From the NCBI RefSeq assembly GCF_003334315.1, contig NZ_QOWR01000011.1: a stretch of DNA of 64,000 bases; one strand, 5' to 3'. The first letter of the stretch is position 1, and every line of letters begins with the position of its first letter. Source of the stretch: Escherichia coli. GTDB lineage: Bacteria; Pseudomonadota; Gammaproteobacteria; Enterobacterales; Enterobacteriaceae. Of the stretch, positions 59,608 to 64,000 are shown one piece after another. The notes under the pieces are model-generated. The model was not told the origin of the DNA. It saw only the letters and a program-made list of their open reading frames with translations, and did not search any database. The translations under genes and the position numbers were made by a program.

Positions 59608-61109
59608 TGAAGACGTTGTTCTCCCGCTTAATTACCGTTATTGCCTGCTTTTTTATCTTCTCTGCCGCATGGTTTTGCCTGTGGAGTATCAGCCTGCATC
59701 TGGTTGAGCGCCCTGATATGGCGGTGCTGTTATTTCCGTTTGGTCTGCGTCTGGGGCTAATGCTGCAATGCCCGCGCGGATACTGGCCCGTATTGCTGGG
59801 CGCGGAGTGGCTGCTGATTTACTGGCTAACGCAGGCGGTCGGTTTAACCCATTTTCCGTTATTGATGATCGGTAGTTTACTGACGTTACTGCCCGTAGCG
59901 CTGATCTCGCGCTATCGCCATCAGCGTGACTGGCGCACCTTGCTGTTACAGGGGGCGGCGTTAACGGCGGCGGCGTTGTTGCAGTCGCTGCCCTGGCTTT
60001 GGCACGGCAAAGAGTCGTGGAATGCGCTGTTGCTGACTTTAACTGGCGGCCTGACGCTGGCCCCGATATGTCTGGTGTTCTGGCACTATCTCGCCAATAA
60101 CACCTGGCTGCCGCTCGGTCCGTCACTGGTTTCTCAGCCAATCAACTGGCGCGGGCGACATCTGGTCTGGTACTTGCTGCTGTTTGTTATCAGTCTCTGG
60201 CTCCAGTTGGGATTGCCGGACGAACTGTCGCGCTTTACGCCATTCTGTCTGGCGCTGCCGATTATCGCGCTGGCCTGGCACTATGGTTGGCAAGGGGCGC
60301 TGATTGCGACGTTGATGAACGCCATCGCGCTGATCGCCAGTCAAACCTGGCGCGATCATCCGGTGGATTTATTGCTCTCGCTGCTGGTGCAAAGTCTGAC
60401 AGGGTTGTTGCTTGGCGCTGGCATCCAGCGGTTGCGTGAACTTAACCAGTCGCTGCAAAAGGAACTGGCGCGCAATCAGCATCTGGCTGAACGGTTGCTG
60501 GAAACCGAAGAGAGCGTGCGCCGTGATGTGGCGCGTGAGCTGCATGATGATATCGGTCAGACCATCACTGCTATTCGTACTCAGGCGGGCATTGTTCAGC
60601 GGCTGGCGGCAGATAACGCCAGCGTGAAGCAGAGCGGGCAGCTCATCGAACAACTATCGCTGGGCGTTTACGACGCGGTGCGCCGTTTGTTGGGTCGGTT
60701 ACGTCCGCGCCAGTTGGATGATCTCACCCTGGAGCAGGCCATCCGCTCACTGATGCGGGAAATGGAGCTGGAAGGGCGCGGTATTGTCAGCCATCTCGAA
60801 TGGCGAATCGATGAATCAGCGTTAAGCGAAAACCAGCGCGTGACGCTGTTTCGTGTCTGCCAGGAAGGGCTGAACAACATTGTGAAACATGCTGATGCCA
60901 GCGCGGTCACCCTGCAAGGCTGGCAGCAGGATGAACGGTTGATGCTGGTTATTGAAGACGATGGCAGCGGTTTGCCGCCGGGTTCCGGGCAACAAGGTTT
61001 TGGCCTCACCGGAATGCGCGAGCGCGTAACGGCGCTGGGTGGCACATTACACATTTCCTGTCTGCACGGCACGCGTGTCAGCGTTTCTCTACCTCAACGC
61101 TATGTCTAA
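59607..61109 (+). CDS. uhpB: Sensor histidine kinase UhpB
   Basis: 500 aa from ATG 59607 (overlaps the uhpA stop, gGTGATGa); N-terminal multi-TM domain; H-box ELHDDIGQ. Confidence 0.92.
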
Positions 61110-61118
61110 GGTTTGATG

Positions 61119-62438
61119 ATGTTGCCGTTTCTGAAAGCGCCTGCCGATGCGCCATTAATGACTGATAAATATGAAATTGATGCCCGCTATCGCTACTGGC
61201 GTCGGCATATTCTGCTGACCATCTGGCTGGGTTACGCGCTGTTTTACTTCACGCGGAAAAGTTTTAACGCCGCCGTACCAGAAATCCTTGCTAACGGCGT
61301 GCTCAGCCGTAGCGATATCGGCCTGTTAGCGACCCTGTTTTACATTACCTATGGCGTGTCGAAGTTTGTCTCCGGCATTGTCAGCGATCGCTCAAATGCC
61401 CGTTATTTTATGGGGATAGGGCTTATCGCCACGGGCATTATCAACATTCTGTTTGGCTTCTCGACGTCGCTATGGGCGTTTGCCGTGCTCTGGGTGCTGA
61501 ACGCCTTTTTCCAGGGCTGGGGTTCACCGGTGTGTGCGCGTCTGTTAACGGCCTGGTATTCACGTACCGAGCGCGGCGGTTGGTGGGCATTATGGAACAC
61601 GGCGCATAACGTCGGCGGCGCACTCATTCCCATTGTGATGGCAGCGGCTGCGCTGCATTACGGCTGGCGTGCCGGGATGATGATTGCTGGTTGTATGGCG
61701 ATAGTCGTGGGGATTTTTCTCTGCTGGCGGCTACGCGATCGCCCGCAGGCGTTAGGTTTACCGGCGGTCGGTGAATGGCGACACGACGCGCTGGAAATTG
61801 CTCAACAACAAGAAGGGGCAGGGTTGACGCGTAAAGAGATCCTCACCAAATATGTGTTGCTGAATCCGTATATCTGGCTGCTTTCGTTTTGCTATGTGCT
61901 GGTCTATGTGGTCCGGGCGGCGATCAACGACTGGGGCAATTTGTATATGTCCGAGACACTGGGCGTCGATCTGGTCACGGCGAATACGGCAGTGACGATG
62001 TTTGAACTGGGCGGATTTATCGGTGCGCTGGTAGCCGGTTGGGGCTCGGACAAATTGTTTAACGGCAACCGAGGGCCGATGAATTTGATTTTCGCCGCCG
62101 GAATTTTGCTTTCAGTCGGCTCCCTGTGGCTGATGCCATTTGCCAGCTACGTGATGCAGGCAACCTGCTTCTTCACCATTGGTTTTTTTGTCTTTGGCCC
62201 ACAGATGTTAATCGGTATGGCGGCGGCAGAGTGTTCCCACAAAGAGGCGGCAGGGGCGGCGACGGGGTTTGTCGGCTTGTTTGCTTATCTGGGGGCGTCG
62301 CTTGCTGGTTGGCCGCTGGCGAAAGTACTCGATACCTGGCACTGGAGCGGATTTTTTGTGGTTATCTCTATCGCCGCCGGGATTTCCGCACTGCTGTTAC
62401 TGCCCTTTTTGAACGCCCAGACACCGCGCGAAGCGTGA
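61119..62438 (+). CDS. uhpC: Membrane sensor protein UhpC (MFS, organophosphate:Pi antiporter family)
   Basis: 439 aa from ATG 61119 (MLPFLKAPADAPLMTDKYEID...); paralogous to uhpT. Confidence 0.9.
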   Translation: MLPFLKAPADAPLMTDKYEIDARYRYWRRHILLTIWLGYALFYFTRKSFNAAVPEILANGVLSRSDIGLLATLFYITYGVSKFVSGIVSDRSNARYFMGIGLIATGIINILFGFSTSLWAFAVLWVLNAFFQGWGSPVCARLLTAWYSRTERGGWWALWNTAHNVGGALIPIVMAAAALHYGWRAGMMIAGCMAIVVGIFLCWRLRDRPQALGLPAVGEWRHDALEIAQQQEGAGLTRKEILTKYVLLNPYIWLLSFCYVLVYVVRAAINDWGNLYMSETLGVDLVTANTAVTMFELGGFIGALVAGWGSDKLFNGNRGPMNLIFAAGILLSVGSLWLMPFASYVMQATCFFTIGFFVFGPQMLIGMAAAECSHKEAAGAATGFVGLFAYLGASLAGWPLAKVLDTWHWSGFFVVISIAAGISALLLLPFLNAQTPREA

Positions 62439-62439
62439 T

Positions 62440-62575
62440 GCATCTCACCTTTTCACTTCATATCCGGCAAAACTAAGAAATTTTCCAGGTTTTGCCTGGA
62501 CGCTATCTCAGGCCTGATTTGCTGCTGATTTTTACAATGCATGCCTCACGCAGGTATTCATTTCAGGAGTAACCC
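62440..62575 (+). promoter_or_regulatory. uhpT promoter region (UhpA/CAP-dependent)
   Basis: Intergenic uhpC-uhpT; inverted repeat ccaggttttgcctgg (about 62486-62500); assignment by position, sites not individually validated. Confidence 0.45.
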
Positions 62576-63967
62576 ATGCTGGCTTTCTTAAACCAGGTTC
62601 GCAAGCCGACCCTGGACCTTCCGCTCGAAGTGCGGCGCAAAATGTGGTTCAAACCGTTCATGCAATCCTACCTGGTGGTCTTTATCGGCTACCTGACGAT
62701 GTACCTGATTCGCAAGAACTTTAACATCGCGCAGAACGATATGATTTCGACCTACGGGTTGAGCATGACGCAGCTGGGGATGATCGGCCTGGGTTTCTCC
62801 ATCACTTATGGCGTGGGTAAAACGCTGGTTTCCTACTACGCCGACGGCAAAAACACCAAACAATTCCTGCCGTTCATGCTGATCCTCTCTGCTATTTGTA
62901 TGCTGGGCTTCAGTGCCAGTATGGGCAGCGGCTCGGTTAGCCTGTTCCTGATGATTGCCTTCTACGCCTTAAGCGGCTTTTTCCAGAGTACCGGCGGTTC
63001 GTGCAGTTACTCCACCATCACCAAATGGACGCCGCGTCGTAAACGCGGGACATTCCTCGGTTTCTGGAATATTTCTCACAACCTTGGCGGTGCAGGCGCA
63101 GCAGGTGTGGCGCTGTTCGGGGCAAATTACCTGTTCGATGGCCATGTCATCGGCATGTTTATCTTCCCGTCGATTATCGCGCTGATTGTCGGTTTTATCG
63201 GCCTGCGTTACGGCAGCGACTCCCCGGAATCTTATGGCCTCGGCAAAGCTGAAGAACTGTTCGGCGAGGAGATCAGCGAAGAGGACAAAGAGACAGAATC
63301 TACCGATATGACCAAGTGGCAGATCTTTGTTGAGTATGTGCTGAAAAACAAAGTGATCTGGCTGCTGTGCTTCGCCAACATTTTCCTCTATGTGGTACGT
63401 ATTGGTATCGACCAGTGGTCAACCGTATACGCGTTCCAGGAACTGAAACTCTCTAAAGCGGTGGCGATTCAGGGCTTTACGCTGTTTGAAGCTGGTGCGC
63501 TGGTCGGTACGCTGCTGTGGGGCTGGCTCTCTGACCTGGCGAACGGTCGCCGTGGCCTGGTGGCCTGCATCGCGCTGGCGCTGATTATCGCCACGCTCGG
63601 TGTGTATCAACATGCCAGTAACGAATATATCTATCTGGCTTCTCTCTTTGCGTTGGGTTTCCTGGTCTTTGGCCCGCAATTGTTGATTGGTGTGGCTGCT
63701 GTTGGCTTTGTACCTAAAAAAGCGATTGGCGCTGCCGATGGTATTAAAGGCACCTTTGCTTACCTGATTGGTGACAGCTTTGCCAAGTTAGGTCTGGGAA
63801 TGATTGCCGATGGGACGCCGGTATTCGGCCTTACCGGCTGGGCAGGCACCTTCGCCGCGCTGGATATCGCCGCGATTGGTTGTATCTGCCTGATGGCGAT
63901 AGTGGCGGTAATGGAAGAACGCAAAATCCGCCGCGAGAAAAAAATTCAGCAGTTGACAGTGGCATAA
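62576..63967 (+). CDS. uhpT: Hexose-6-phosphate:phosphate antiporter UhpT
   Basis: 463-aa [36 protein letters not shown]... Confidence 0.93.
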
Positions 63968-64000
63968 ACGTAACTGGTGACTTTTGCCCGGCATGACGCC

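Overview
This window reads as a contiguous, gene-dense Escherichia coli (K-12-like) chromosomal segment covering pstCAB-phoU, the cryptic bglGFBH operon, yieLK, cbrBC, adeP, mdtL, tnaCAB, mnmE-yidC-yidD-rnpA-rpmH, dnaA-dnaN-recF-gyrB, yidBA, dgoRKADT, cbrA, ibpAB, yidE, glvCB-glvG, yidLKJIHGF, emrD, tisAB/istR, ivbL-ilvBN and uhpABCT. It is in reverse-complement orientation relative to the conventional map. Gene identities come from my recognition of the translated ORFs and their order; no database search was run, and several starts are moved inward from the ORF-track start to an internal Met that fits the recognised protein. I found no CRISPR array, IS element, prophage or obvious foreign island, so this is core chromosome rather than an accessory region. 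The points most worth a second look are: (1) three genes that appear inactivated by single-nucleotide lesions, bglB (1-bp frameshift), yidZ (in-frame TAG) and yidB (in-frame TGA); (2) the SOS-controlled type I toxin-antitoxin locus tisAB/istR, which the ORF track misses entirely because TisB is 29 aa; (3) two short leader peptides, tnaC and ivbL, also below the ORF-track cutoff; (4) regulatory motifs readable in the sequence (LexA box, two CreB cre-tags, DgoR operator repeats, sigma32 promoter, DnaA box with GATC cluster, duplicated bgl RAT/terminator); (5) gene remnants: glvG truncated, yidF reduced to a SPASM-like C-terminal fragment.
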